Source: a virus
Virus record (IMG/VR): IMGVR_UViG_3300045988_151351
Coordinates: 128,001-192,000 of that record
DNA length: 64,000 nt
Reading direction: 5' to 3' (one strand)
Shown in pieces: positions 1 to 12,999 of the stretch. Below the pieces are notes generated by a model that worked only from the letters and a program-made list of their open reading frames with translations, was not told the origin of the DNA and searched no databases. Made by a program: the position numbers and the translations under genes. Numbering within the stretch: position 1 is the stretch's first letter; each line of letters opens with the position of its first letter.

Positions 1-583
1 ATTTATTATTCATTTCCTTAAAATCTTCTAAGAATTTTTCATCATCTATTGGATTAGGCATTCTCTTTTTATCTTCTTCGCCATGGACAGCTCTATAAAG
101 TAGACAAACTCCTGCATATTCATCACCCATATTAATAGTCCCAGTAGTACTAAACTCTAATTTACCAATACCACTTAAGTGAGTATCATTTAACATACTA
201 TCTAATTCTGCGGCAATACGATATGGTCTTAACTAATAATCTTTTAATCGCCATTGATCATAATGACAAATAATATCAAATTCAATAGTATTATCTCTAA
301 ACTAAGGATTGGTGGGATTAGTAATAAAATTATCAAATTTAATAACAAGATAATTTAAAACACTATTATCAACTTTTAGCTTAGGAACTATTCTTATATT
401 CTTTTTAAATAATTCATACATTTGGTCATCTGTTAAGTTAGGCTTTTCCATAGCATCTGGAGTTGTATAATATAATAATCGTTTTAAACGTTCATTATCA
501 CATATTCTATCAACTATAATACCCATATCTTTTTCAATAGATAAAAAACTTGACTTTGGTATTTTTACTCCATCAATTTTCAT
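1..583 (-). CDS. hypothetical virion-module protein (N-terminal part; 3' end lies beyond the window). In-frame TAG codons at about 299 and 239 are read through.
   Basis: ORF 302..583 continues in the same frame through two TAGs to the window edge. RBS AGGAGATAAAGG sits upstream of the ATG at 583. Confidence 0.5.
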
Positions 584-598
584 ACACCTTTATCTCCT

Positions 599-1663
599 TT
601 AAAACAACGATTCAACTATAATAGTTTTTTTATAATTACCATAAGTTAAATCAAATTGTCCGCTAAATCCTGCATCCCAATATATTGTAATTTCACGAGG
701 GTCAAAATCATCTATTTTATATTTAACAGGAAAGCGTTTATCTATATTCCATTCTCCAGCTTCCCATCCGGCAAAATTATATTTATATTCTTTTTTAGGA
801 TGAATAAAAGTTTCTCCCTAAATTTCATATAAATCAGATTTTTCATTTGGATCTATGGGTTTAGTAATTAATGCTCCAACGATACCATTTTCTACATCAT
901 CTTCAATTTCATTAGCATAATATTCTGTAGCATTAACTTCTAATATTCCCGGCATACTAATAGAATCTATCGCTTCAACTCGCCAACATATTTTATCAGC
1001 GCCTTCTATATATGGAGAAAGATAAAATTTACTATAACGTTTAAAATATTTCAAAGTTTCTTCTGTCTTAGGCATTAATATATTTAAACTAAAATTGGGC
1101 TTATCTACGCTAGTGTTGTGCTTTTGGAAAAAATCAATTTTAGTTTCAACAGGACCACGAATAGCCGCGTAAGTACTTTGCTCATTACCTTCTTCATCTT
1201 GCCAATTAATTTCAAAAGAACATTTACGTATATCTCCTCTAAAATATGCAAGTTCAGTTAAATCTTGTAAATAAATAAGCCAATAAGTATGAGTGCCACG
1301 CCACTCAAATACATCCCCTGGTTTAAAATTATATTCATATCCAACAGAAAGAATCTTGTCATCATAATCTTGCTTTAATTTATTAGGATTTATTAAAGCA
1401 CGTATAGGTTTTTTTAATGTTGCTTTTGGTTTTATAATCTCAGCAGCCTAATATGAATTCCATACTGCCTAATCTAAACTTCTGCGCTTAGACATTATCA
1501 TACGTTCTTGCTGGAGATTACCGCCCATCTAACGCAATCTTGCCGCAGTATCATTCACGCCTTCAACAGAGTTACCTTCATACGGACGTTTATCATATGT
1601 ACCTAATCGTCCCTGTATCAATCTAAATGGATGCTAATTACTATAATCATATCCTGATGCCAT
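599..1663 (-). CDS. hypothetical structural protein, about 354 aa, with at least 5 in-frame TAG codons
   Basis: Hand translation from the ATG at 1663 runs in one frame through ORF 818..1075 to a TAA at 599-601. Every break in the ORF track is a TAG. Confidence 0.55.
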
Positions 1664-1865
1664 GATTTATTTCCTATAATAAATTAATAGCTTCAAAAAC
1701 AGTTTTACGATAGAAATTAAATTCTGTCTCCTGATTATCTAAGCCTTCAAGTTTTCCTAAAAGCTATAAGAAAAGGGGTTCAGTACTAAAAATTACACTG
1801 AACCCCACGATTTCATTTATGACAGTTTCTAGCTATTTTTGCCAATCTTCATCATGTTCACGCAT
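1647..1865 (-). CDS. small hypothetical protein, about 72 aa, with TAG codons
   Basis: ATG at 1865, TGA at 1647-1649. Contains the perfect hairpin at 1776-1808. Confidence 0.3.
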
Positions 1866-1932
1866 TGGAATTAATTTCCATAATTGGTTGGTTAAGCGTA
1901 AACAATTTTTTTCAATACTCTCTTTTGGAATA

Positions 1933-2514
1933 TTAATACCATAACTTGTATTCATCAGGTTTAAACATATCCCATGTAGATTCATATTCGCCTTTATCAT
2001 TTAAACGTCTACGTTTATAAAGACGTTGTAGATGATGAGACTATCTTTGACAATCAGATAATAAACTTAATAGTTTAGACAAATGATTTGCCTATGAAGT
2101 AAATTTAAAATCTGAACCACTATATTTCATTCGAGTATTTTCAATAGAAGTGACTTGACGTTGTACCCAACCGCACATCATCAAAATAGCTAAAATATTA
2201 ATTTCTTCTTCAGTTAAATCACATCCAAAAGTAGAACGATCTACTAGGACTTGAGGTTTTTCGCCCGGTTCTGGAATAGTTCCCCATAAAGTACCTACAA
2301 TAAAATCATTTGAGGTTGTACTGTCTTCATCAACAGTATCAACTTGAATTGTATAATCATATAGATTTTTACGCGGAAATTCAAATCCCGGTATAGCATC
2401 TATAATCAAATTCTATAAATCTTTTAAAGTATCCTGTGGCGTTAATTCCAGATACATATCATCAGTAACTTTTCCTAGAAAGCGATTATATACAGTAGAG
2501 AATAGTGTTCCCAT
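1933..2514 (-). CDS. hypothetical protein, about 193 aa, with 2 read-through TAG codons
   Basis: ATG at 2514 with RBS GGGAGCG. In frame through ORF 2092..2409 and on to a TAA at 1933-1935. Confidence 0.5.
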
Positions 2515-2534
2515 TTAATCGCTCCCTTCTTTTA

Positions 2535-3128
2535 TTACTTAGAAGTTTCCGCGGTTTTATTAATTACTTTATAGTTATTGCCTGTAGTGCGGCGGCCTTG
2601 AGGAGCTCCTTCCTGAACAACTCTTCTCTTATTAGGACTTACATCCTCTAAGATACTAGAAGGTTCATCGCTCTCTTTACTAGCTTTATCATTGGCAATA
2701 GCTTTATCTACATCAAATCCAGTCTTTTTCAAAAGTGCTTCACGCTTTTTGAAATCTGTAATAGGAAGAGATACAGAAAGACTCTTAATTAAATCAATAA
2801 CTCCAATTGGAGCAAAATCAAGAGCATCCAAGAAAGCATCAAGTGAACCATTTAAGATTAAATCGCGGACTTGAGCTTCTGACATATTATATTCAGGCTC
2901 TCTGTGAATATTTAAATCCTGAGTAACTTCTTCTTCCATAATCTGTAAAAAATTAGCAATTAACTCACGGCCACCGGGCTGATAAGTTAACTTCTCTAAC
3001 TCACTAAAAGGAATTCTTTTAGTTTCACCAGGGGCAAATGTTCTACGCAAATTACTTTCTGGAATTGAATAGACAACAACACTAGAACTTCTATTCTTAA
3101 CATTATACATATCAGTTTGATTAATCAT
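2535..3128 (-). CDS. hypothetical head-associated protein, 197 aa
   Basis: Intact ORF directly downstream of the MCP terminator. No TAG. Confidence 0.5.
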   Translation of the reverse strand: MINQTDMYNVKNRSSSVVVYSIPESNLRRTFAPGETKRIPFSELEKLTYQPGGRELIANFLQIMEEEVTQDLNIHREPEYNMSEAQVRDLILNGSLDAFLDALDFAPIGVIDLIKSLSVSLPITDFKKREALLKKTGFDVDKAIANDKASKESDEPSSILEDVSPNKRRVVQEGAPQGRRTTGNNYKVINKTAETSK

Positions 3129-3166
3129 TTTTTTTATCTCCTTTATCTCTTAAAAAAAATAATGGG

Positions 3167-3200
3167 GAGAGGGAGCTATTTCCCTCTCCCCATTAGGTAA
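3167..3200 (-). terminator. rho-independent terminator after the major capsid gene
   Basis: Minus-strand read gives GGGGAGAGGGA-loop-TCCCTCTCCCC followed by a T8 run. Confidence 0.8.
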
Positions 3201-3220
3201 ATTTATATATTAATTATAAA

Positions 3221-4327
3221 TTAGATTGTACCATCTAATCTACCATCATAGGTAACGACCTTACCAGTAACACCATCATAATTCCAAGTAGCCATCTGAC
3301 CAACAAGTGAAGTATCACAGTAAGCGCAAATGTTGTTAGCAAGCATGCAAACAACGCCGACTTTCTTATAAACCTGAATTTCACGAGAACGGTCTTTATT
3401 GGGGAATTCATCAACAATAGTGCCACCCTCAAAAGCGATCTTAACAGGTTTACCATCAGCACCGGTAGGAATAACCCAAGCATAACCAGGATCAATTACC
3501 TTACGGCTATTGGTTTCATCCTCAAAGCCCTGCTCAAGAATAATAACCTTTGTGCCCTTATAAGTAGCAAGACGGCCAGTATTCCAAAGCTCAGTCTTCA
3601 TAGCCTCAGTGTATCTCCAAGCTTCCTGTGGAATCATCTTTACAGCAAACTCATAAGTGCAGTAAATAGTAGGAGTACCATAAGCAGAAGCAATGGTAAT
3701 TAACTTATCCATAGCAGCCTCATCAAAACCAGCAACAGCAACGCGGTTGGCAGGTGGTAACTGATTGATAGAAGAAACAAGAGCACGAGCAACTTCTTTG
3801 TAAATAAGTTCATCCATGCCTTCCATAATGATCTTAGTCATTTCAGCGAAATCAACACGACCATCAAGGAATTCTTCGAAACCGATCTGAGCGGCTCCGC
3901 CGATAGCAGATGTACGAACTTCGAAGCATTCGTTCTCAGCAGGTCCAAGCTTAAATACTTCATAAATACCAGCAAGACCGACACGAGTTACGAACTGCTT
4001 TGCACGAGCACGAGTCTGTAATGGACGACGGAAAATTGGCTTATCGCCCTGAGCAAAGGTCTTAACTTCAGCAAACTGATCATATTGCTGAATAACTTTC
4101 TTTGGAAGAACTTCATCAAGAGTTTCTTCAATCATAGAGAAAATCTGATTCTTATTATCACGATAAAGTGAATAAGTACCAGCTAATTCATTCATTTCTG
4201 CGCGAAGAGTGTCATTCAAAGCCTCATAACTTAGATTCTGACCGCCAAAACTATAAGCAGTAGGAGCAGAAGGATCAGCTTTAGCAACAGTCTTCATTAA
4301 AGCGACTAAATTTTTTCTATCTAACAT
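3221..4327 (-). CDS. major capsid protein (HK97-fold-like), 368 aa
   Basis: Size, position after the scaffold gene, higher-GC codon usage, strong terminator and TAG-free ORF. The sequence composition is typical of phage capsid-family proteins. Confidence 0.7.
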   Translation of the reverse strand: MLDRKNLVALMKTVAKADPSAPTAYSFGGQNLSYEALNDTLRAEMNELAGTYSLYRDNKNQIFSMIEETLDEVLPKKVIQQYDQFAEVKTFAQGDKPIFRRPLQTRARAKQFVTRVGLAGIYEVFKLGPAENECFEVRTSAIGGAAQIGFEEFLDGRVDFAEMTKIIMEGMDELIYKEVARALVSSINQLPPANRVAVAGFDEAAMDKLITIASAYGTPTIYCTYEFAVKMIPQEAWRYTEAMKTELWNTGRLATYKGTKVIILEQGFEDETNSRKVIDPGYAWVIPTGADGKPVKIAFEGGTIVDEFPNKDRSREIQVYKKVGVVCMLANNICAYCDTSLVGQMATWNYDGVTGKVVTYDGRLDGTI

Positions 4328-4344
4328 TGTTCTTCTCTCCTTTC

Positions 4345-5256
4345 TTACTTAATACGCATAATCTTAGCGCCTTTTTGTCCATCAGGCATGGTATAAAGCT
4401 TAACAACCTGCCAACTCATAGTAGCGTCGCCAGTCTTACTTAAAATACCAGTAGCATCAGGAGAAAGGATATCGCCAATCTCTAAGGTTTCTTCATTAAT
4501 CATATTGGTAGTATAAATATCACCAACATTAGTCTTGAAAACACGAGGAACCATAGCAGTACCTGGATTCATGCGCTTTTCACGATAAATACCTAACTTA
4601 TGATATGGATCATTGGTCCAATTCATTTCATAGATATCGCGAACATTAGTAGTAACATCATCAAAAGTACGAACAAAGTCAATAGTTACTTTACCATCAA
4701 CAAGAGTATATTCAGTACCATTATAAGTAAATTTATTATCAGTAACGTCATAATCCTGACCATCAATAGTAACAGTCTTACCATCACGATTGATATCAAC
4801 ATTCATCTTCCAAGTGTAAGAACTCTTACCATTAGCATCAACGCCATTGAGCCACTTGGTCTGATATTCCTGCTCAGGATGTTCCCAATCTAATGGGCTA
4901 TATACACGAGCCTGATAATCATCCTTTAACATTGCGAATTCGCAATCCCACTGCTTTGTACCATCAAGATGGTTACGATATAACTTAATTTCATTATATA
5001 CTAACATCCACTCGCCAGCGCCAGTGAAATTAACTTCGCCAATGCCATTGCCATTAGCAGCATAATCATACTTTACATATTGACCGTTTTCAAGAATCTC
5101 AATCTCTGGGTTAGCAGGCAACTGAGCATAAATTTGAGCGGTTCTCTGTGCTGACAGGTGATTAGGTTCGACCTGACCGTAACCAAACTCAACATACTTA
5201 GCCTGAGACTTGTGATACTTTGGGTCCATATTTCGAGTCCAAAAGTCTTTAAACAT
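4345..5256 (-). CDS. hypothetical capsid-associated protein, 303 aa; possibly decoration or head fibre
   Basis: Intact TAG-free ORF between the scaffold and MCP genes. Confidence 0.4.
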   Translation of the reverse strand: MFKDFWTRNMDPKYHKSQAKYVEFGYGQVEPNHLSAQRTAQIYAQLPANPEIEILENGQYVKYDYAANGNGIGEVNFTGAGEWMLVYNEIKLYRNHLDGTKQWDCEFAMLKDDYQARVYSPLDWEHPEQEYQTKWLNGVDANGKSSYTWKMNVDINRDGKTVTIDGQDYDVTDNKFTYNGTEYTLVDGKVTIDFVRTFDDVTTNVRDIYEMNWTNDPYHKLGIYREKRMNPGTAMVPRVFKTNVGDIYTTNMINEETLEIGDILSPDATGILSKTGDATMSWQVVKLYTMPDGQKGAKIMRIK

Positions 5257-5279
5257 TTAGTATGTCCTCCTTATTAAAT

Positions 5280-6905
5280 TTATCTAGCGTTTTCATATTT
5301 TAACGCAGCTTTTACCCAAGCCGGAATAGATTCATCATCATCTTCACCATTATTTAAATTATAAGTAGTAGGCTTGGTTTCTTTATTTTCGTCAAGGTCG
5401 AAACTTACCTTGTTGCGAACGCAAATAACAGAAAGCTTTGCTTCAATATCATCAACAGAATACTTATCAATATTATCAATGACATCTTTCTTATCATCAT
5501 CAGATAACATATAGAATTGAGCAATCATAGCTTCCTTATCTTTCTTCTCAGAAGCAAGTTTGAACTTTCTTAAAGGTTCAATTTCTTCTATTAAAGAATT
5601 CTTTTCTGTTTCTAAAGCGGCATATTTAGATTTTAATTCTTCATATTCAGTTTTTAGTTCTTGATATTCAGTAACATCTTCTAATGAATATTTTTTCTTC
5701 TTTTTCTTATCTTCATCATCTTTGTTACCATCATCGTCAGAGTTATTACCCTTACCATCAAGATCATCTTTTTTACCGATTGGCTTTTTATCTTTGCCAT
5801 CTTCTGAATTATCAGAATTATTATCTTTGCCCTCTGATTTATTATCAGAATTAGACTTATTATCTTTATTATTTTTGTCCTCTTCTTCTGCCTTTTTTTT
5901 AGAAGCATATTCAGTTTCATAAGTCTTTACTGCCTCTAAAGAAAATTGAGGTTCAGCGGCAGGAATATAAGACTCAGTTACTTCAATTAAAGCATCAGCA
6001 GGAACAAAACCATCGGTTTCATTTAAAGAGAAATTTAAACGATAATACTTATTATCAGCACGATTCTGTAAGACAGCAAACTTCTGAGAATCCTCTTCAC
6101 ATACACCTTCGATAGCATATACTGAACTATAAGCATTGTCAGCATCAGGATATTTCTCTAAAATGTAATTCCATAAAGAGTTCCATAAGTTATCGCCAAT
6201 TTCAACAGCATATCTTGAAAACACTTTGGTTCCTCCTTCTTTAATTAATTCTTTTAAATCATTCATCATGGAGAATAGCTTTTGCTTAAAATCTTCATCG
6301 AATGTAAGACTAAATTTTGTGATTTGAGAGCCTTCAAAACAAGGTTCACATTCTTCTCCCAAAATACAAAGCTTAGAGATTATTGCCTCATTTATAATAA
6401 AAAACTTTGGCTTACCATTATCATCTTTTGTCCATGTTGCATTTAAAGTTTTTTCATCTAATTCCATGGATTGATTATTACCTTGGTCTATAATGCGCTG
6501 GCACTCAGGATACTAGCCAGTCCAAATATAACCCTCAGTCATTAGATATTCATGCTCTACGCCATCATCATTAAATTTCTAGAACCACGCACGCGCACCT
6601 AAATCAACAAAACCATAAGGCTTAGTTGTATCTTTGATTTTAAATTGGCCATTTGAAATATCAATTACACGATTATGCTCTTCAAAATCTCCAATAGCAT
6701 CATTGTAATAACCAACAATTGGGCTGCCTGGTAAGGAATTAGCCATCTAACGCGCAACTTCTTTGGTAATAATACTACCATTGCGGTTAGGCGTATCTCC
6801 GACATAGCACACTTTAATCTAACACTTAGAAATTAAAGGATTAACAGGAGTAATATTTATAAACTCACAAGGTGTTTCTAATTTAATACTTGTATGTTTC
6901 ATCAT
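5280..6905 (-). CDS. prohead maturation/scaffold fusion protein, about 541 aa; its N-terminal third is only joined in frame by reading through two TAG codons
   Basis: The ATG at 6905 (RBS AAGGAGG) is in frame with ORF 5280..6467. The C-terminal half is low-complexity K/D/E/N-rich with coiled-coil character, typical of scaffold proteins. Confidence 0.55.
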
Positions 6906-6912
6906 GTCCTCC

Positions 6913-8598
6913 TTAACTCATTGATTCTTTATTCTAAATAGTTTTACTACTCTTTTCATCATCGGCTTTCTCAGGTCGTCCGGCCGTACCAGAACCGCTT
7001 GATGTTTTAGCCGTTGTTGTAGTAATATTTGTTTTCTATGTTCCTGAATTATTTTGAGTTTCAGGTTTATTTCCTGAACCTTTTAAGCCCAAAATATCTT
7101 CACTACCCATAGTAGAACTCATAAGAGGAGGTATCATAACTTCACTCAAATGTAGTACATCATTCTCAAAATGAGCAGCATTTAGAATGAAACTCTAAGA
7201 ATGGCCTAAAGCAATTTGAGGAAGCATTTTAGAGTATCCTAACTACACGTGTTCTTTATATAATTTTGCTAAATTCTAATAATTATATTGTGTAGTTTCA
7301 AGCATATAAAATTTAAAATTATATTTACGATTATTACTATTACGCATAGCAGTAATTCTATTAAAGAAAATATTATATTGTAATAAAAGATTGCGCAAAT
7401 ATGATTCATCATTTAATACTGATTTTTCTAATGCCATATTACCATCAGTATTAAACAAATTCTATGAAATACCTAAAGAATTATAAACAGTACGTTCTAC
7501 TTTAGATAAGTCATCAGTAGTTGTTGTAGTATTCTTATCTGCTAAATCAATAGTATCAACATCAGTAAATGTGGTTAAAACATCAACACCAATACATCTA
7601 CGCAACATCTCTACAGCATTATGGTGAATATCTAATGCTTCATCAGAGTCAAAAATTAAATCCCCATTTTTATCCATAGGAAGTTTTTGAACAATAATTT
7701 TTAACAACTTCTACATTTGCTTTTTACGGTCTAGTTCTTGTGCAGCATCTAAATCCATAATAGCAGGAATAGAACTTACAAATAATGGCATATCATCATT
7801 ATTTAAATTAAACTTTACACAATACTGTGGATCTAACATATACCAACATCCAATAGTAGAATCTCTGCCTAATACATTTTCTTCTGATTTTAATTTACCT
7901 TGCTTATATAACATATAACCTTTGGCAAATTCATCAGGGAATAATTTCAATACTTTCATACGATAATTAATATCGTGGAAAGTATCAAAGAACTTCATAT
8001 TAAATTCAATAACAGGCATATTATCTACGCTGTATCGAGAACGGCAGAAGTTAACTGGTAAATCTTGTAAAATTAAATGGTCATTAGAAGGAACTATATA
8101 TCCATAATAACAACCTTCTTTAATTACTTTTAAAGATATATCTCCACAAATTTTCTTAATATAACTACTATCTAAATAATTAAGAGTCTTTGAAAAATCT
8201 TTTAATATCTTTTCCTCTTTGACTGTATCATCTAGAATCTCTGGCGCGACATACCAATCATATCTATATAAAAAAGCAAAATAATTACAAGTGCGCTCAT
8301 ATATACCATTTATGCTATAAAATAAATTAGATATACGACGCAGTTCCGGTAAATCATGATCAGCTATTGCTTTATAAATATCTGCTTTACAAAAGCCTTT
8401 TTGACCCGGAATATTTATTTTTTGATAATAATCTAAATCTAAAATAACATCATTTAGATTTCTATTACCAACCTTAACTTTTTTATATTCATTAGCAATC
8501 GCTGTTCTATATTCTCGATAAGAATCAGTCATATCAAATCCTTTATTATGAATTTCTTCAGCACGGACTTGATTTAGGGTTTGAGTTTGATTATCCAA
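6913..8598 (-). CDS. portal protein (putative), about 561 aa; three ORF-track fragments joined by TAG read-through, plus a further extension
   Basis: ORFs 7711..8598, 7462..7707 and 7276..7458 are in one frame and separated only by TAG. TTG start with RBS GGAGGTGG. Sits between TerL and the scaffold gene. Confidence 0.55.
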
Positions 8599-8610
8599 AA
8601 TTCCACCTCC

Positions 8611-10713
8611 TTAATAACCTGCTAGTTTCATTATATAATCATAAGAAATAAGGTTTTCATCAGTGTATGGAATTTCTATTAATTTAAAATCGTGCAAAGC
8701 ACAAAAACGTCTCTTTTGATTATCATTATATTGCTATTGGTATAAACCGCGTTTACCACCAAATTTAGAACTTGCTTCATAATGTTGCTTACCCTAATAC
8801 TCAATAATAAAATCAATTTTACCATCATCATCAAATATAACGAAATCAAATCTCAAAGGACGTCCATTTGGACTTCTTAAATCTGGAAATATATATTCCA
8901 TTTTAAAAGGAAGTCCAGCCTCTTCTAAGATTTCTTCTATTTTTATTTCTCCTCTAGAAGCACGCATAAACTTCCCTCCTTAATTCATAAAGCACCAATC
9001 AGATGCTTTAAATTTCTTACGTTTTTTCTTTTTATCTTCTTCGAGTTTTAAATAATATAATCCATATTCAAAAGCTGAAAATTTATCCTTTCGGATACCA
9101 CGATTTGCCTACTTCAGGATAATATTTACTCCTTCAGTTTCTTCACGCAAATTCATCATTTCTTCTTTTAATATGGAAGTTAAAGTAAATGGTTTTAAAT
9201 ATTCTGCCCTCTATTCAGGTTTCATGGATTGACCAACTTTAGTTGCCATTAATTTATTTTTAGCAATACGTTCATCAATAAGGAATTTTACTTTTCCAGA
9301 AGATAACTATGAACGCGCAATAGCATGTGCTTCAGTATTAATTGGCGCATTTGCTTTCAAAATATACATAGCATCTAGTTCAGTAACAGAAGTCTTATAC
9401 TTTTTGTAGTATCCTTCTTCGTCATTAGAAACACCGAAATCAGGATAAGTTTCATTAGTATCAGGATCAGTCTAAGATTTAACCATATAGTCAATTAAAC
9501 CAATACCCATACCATTACCATCTATTACAATCTGACGAGCATTATATTTATAATATAATTTCTTTAATTTGATAGCCTAATCTTCAAAATGTTCATCTGA
9601 TAAAGTATAAATATTAACAAGGCTCTTTGTAGCACCACCTTGAGATTGTGGAGTTACTTTAAATACACAAATAACAGAATCACAACCTTTACGTCCAATA
9701 TCAGCCGCTAAAACATAAAAAGCTAATTTAGAAGAACGACCACTTGCTTCATATTCAGGCTAATTTAAAATGCGGTTTCTATCAAAAATTTCCGCATTGA
9801 AAAATGCGTCTTCAACAGTACCAGACCATTTACTTTCATATTCACGATCAAAAGAACTTTCATTGAAAGTACCATCTTGTTTTAAATCTTGAATAAATGA
9901 TTTAGATTGTAAGCCAATTAATACAGGAATACGCCAAGTACCACCCATTATAATTGATTGCTCAGGTTTAATAATTTCCCAGACAAGCAACTGGATTAGC
10001 TTATCATAAGGGAATGTATTTTTATATCCAGCAGTAGTAATATAAATCTAAGATTTATTAAGAGTTTCTTCATCATGTGTTGTGCCATCCATACACATAC
10101 GAGAAATGTTCATCGTAGGAATAATAACCTAAGATAAAATATCTCCATCAACACCAACGCATTCCTCAATAAGGCCGCCATGACGACGTTTACCACGAGA
10201 AGATTCTCTAGCAGCGATATTATCAAAATAAGAACCATTCTTAAATACATATTTAACATAGTCCTTACCTTCAAGGGTTTGACCACGCCGCCAATCAATT
10301 TCTTTATTAAATGCTGGAATCAATGTACAAATTTCTTGTACTTTTTCTTTAACAATACCTGCGGCCTGTTCCTTACCACCAGAAGTAATAAATAATTTAC
10401 AACGAGGATAAAGAATAGCTCGGCACATAAGTACCATCATAGATAAAAATGATTTAGAATACGCACGAGGAAATACTGCATAGATATATTTATGCCGCAT
10501 TGCCGCACGCAAAAAGATTCTCTAATAAAAGAATAAATGAAAGTGTTGGGGACCGCCATCTGGTCCCGCCATGAAATCAATAAATAAATCAGGATATTCT
10601 CTCCAGAAGGCAATATACTTACGTGCTTCTGGAATAATACCTCTTAATCGCTCTTCTGAAAGACCGACTTTGCGGCGAGAGGCACTTAAATCTAGTAAGT
10701 CTTTAAGTGCCAT
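8611..10713 (-). CDS. terL: terminase large subunit, about 700 aa, with multiple read-through TAG codons
   Basis: Deviant Walker A PRAYSKS(F) in fragment 10129..10512, with a nuclease-like C-terminal half. Fragments 10522..10713, 10129..10512 and 9760..9990 share one frame, separated by TAG. Confidence 0.7.
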
Positions 10714-11888
10714 TAGACTTCTTCGCCTTTCGCCATATTTTCATAAGTTATTTCATCTAAGTCACTTTCATCTTCTAAGAACTAATTATGTTCTATAAAA
10801 TCTTCATCTTTTAATACTTCTTCATCTAAATTATCTATATCTTCAATGTCTTCATCTTCTTCACGGTTTTCCTAATCAACCATATTTTTAACGGCAGCTT
10901 CAATAAGATTACCAAGATTCATTTCTTCAGTGACTAATGTATGAGTATAATTCTTTAAATCATTTAAAGTTTCATCAACTTTATCCATAGGACCTTCAGT
11001 ATAATAACGAGGAATAAATCCTTCACGTTCACACATTTCAACTAATTCACTAATAGAATCAAATTCTCCAGAAGACTCAGATTTATTTTGGGCAGCAGTA
11101 AATTTACCAGATTTCATTAAACTATCATAAACTTTGCTCATCTTTTGGAATCCTTCGATATCACCAATATCAATCAGCTAATTCGCTTTCAAAGATGTCT
11201 TACATATTAATTTTAATGTATCTTTGTGACCTGCGCCTTGAATATCATATGAAGCCATCATCTCTTCATATAACTATTCTAATTTAACCCATTCTTCAGG
11301 TTTATAAGTTTTGCCCCATTTTAATCTTAGATATGTGCGGTCTTCTTCAGTTAAGTCTAAATCTTCTTCTGGACCGTTTTGCTAAGCAAAATAATCTTCT
11401 TGCGGAACTATGGTAGTATCTTCATATACAGGTTCCTCAAGGGGCTTATCAGGCATTGTAAATACTCTGCCTTTTTCTTTTGCTTCCATAATCTGAACTG
11501 CGTCATAACCTTGACGTTTCATAGTTTGTTCTAATTTAGCATCTTCTAATTCTTGAAGTCGTTCAGTATCTTTCCAACGAGTATCTTTATATTGTTTTAA
11601 TTTCATTTTAGAAAGATAACGTCCTAAAATAGTAGTTCCTGTTACTTCACTTGGATTAGTGGCATATTTCATCATAAGACTTTGCCATTCTTTAGGAACA
11701 TAAGGAACATCAGCTTCTTGTAAAATCCAAAGATAAGTATCTGGGTTCCAGTTATCAACGTGCATTGTAATACATTTTTTACATTGATTTAATTTACCGG
11801 TAGGATACTTTTCTAAATTATTACTGCCATAAAATTCAGAAGCATTCATTGTACGATTACATTTCTCGCAATAATAAGTTTCTGCCAT
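10713..11888 (-). CDS. zinc-ribbon protein with acidic C-terminus, about 391 aa; candidate terminase small subunit. Built from ORFs 11382..11888 and 10872..11141 joined through 4 TAG codons.
   Basis: N-terminal CEKC..CKKC motif and acidic DE-rich tail. TAATG overlap with the terL start. Confidence 0.4.
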
Positions 11889-11932
11889 AAAATTTCTCCT
11901 TTCATTAGATTATTAGTAATTCATAGAAAGGA

Positions 11933-12997
11933 TTATGATTTTTTGGCCTTAGAATTTCGACAACATTTACAAATGCTATAAAATCCATCTTTACTTGTTT
12001 TATTTTTACTAAAATATTTATTATGAGCTAATTTTATTTCACCGCATCTACTACAACGTTTATAATGTCCTTTTTCAACATTTAAATAATACCAACTTAA
12101 ATATTCATCTTCCGCAGTAGATGCAATTAATTTTGGAATTTTGTTTCTCCATAGACTAGAAATATACTCAAGACTATGTTTAATACCAAATTCCATTTGG
12201 ATTTTCTCTTGAATGTCAATATTTTGTAATCCATCAATTTTATATTCAACTATTCTATCATATAATGGATAGTCTTTCAAAGCTTTGTCACATAATTTAT
12301 CAAAATCTTCCATTAAATACCATAAATCTTTTTCATACTCGCCTTGACTATCTTGTTTTAATCGAGAATAGTTACATAAAATAGCAGAACAAACGACAGG
12401 ATCTAATAAACTTACTCCTTCTGGAATTGGATAAACATATCCATCTTCATCATCTAACATTTTTACTTCTCCATCTAAAGGAGTGAAACATCTTGAGCGA
12501 GTTAATTTATTAGGAATAATTGGTTTGCGGTAAGCATTTTTAATAACATACTAATCTTTCCGCATTTCAATTAGTGCTTTTTTAATTACAAAAGCATCTT
12601 TACCTTCTGTCACTTTCAATTTGGCTTCCCAAGCTGAAATGGCTTCTTTTAACTATTTTAAATAAGGTATTTCTTCAACATCTTTTTTTGTAATTGTAAC
12701 TTTTGGCTAAAATATTGTATTTTTATTTTCAGTAATTAAATTATAAATTCCATCTTCGCCATTTTCTAGTTGAGAGACAAGACCTTCAAAAGAAGTTTCT
12801 CTTTTATTAACTGTAGCCATACGATTTTCAGTTAATAATTTTTTTTCCTTTTTCTCTTGTTTCTCCATACAAAGAACTAAATAGTCAGCCAAGACTTCTA
12901 AATATTTTTCACTTGGTTCAGGATTCTCAGCAAGAATCTTTTTGACTAATTCATTTCTCTCTTCTGGAGTTTGTAAAGAATAATCTAACTTTATCAT
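11933..12997 (-). CDS. HNH-motif protein, about 354 aa; packaging-associated HNH endonuclease candidate
   Basis: C-terminal CSRCGEIKLAHNKYF...CKCC motif (CxxC..HN..CxCC). ORFs 12707..12997 and 11933..12460 are joined in frame through 3 TAG codons. Confidence 0.5.
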
Positions 12998-12999
12998 TT

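Noticed and set aside
3235-3495. 86-aa minus-strand ORF and other small ORFs overlapping longer genes in alternative frames (for example 5681..5920, 10110..10298, 20046..20798, 22300..23181, 26521..27219, 41499..42218)
   Set aside because: They are embedded in better-supported genes or on the antisense strand of the promoter-driven early block. They have hydrophobic or Cys/Ser/Leu low-complexity composition typical of antisense translations.
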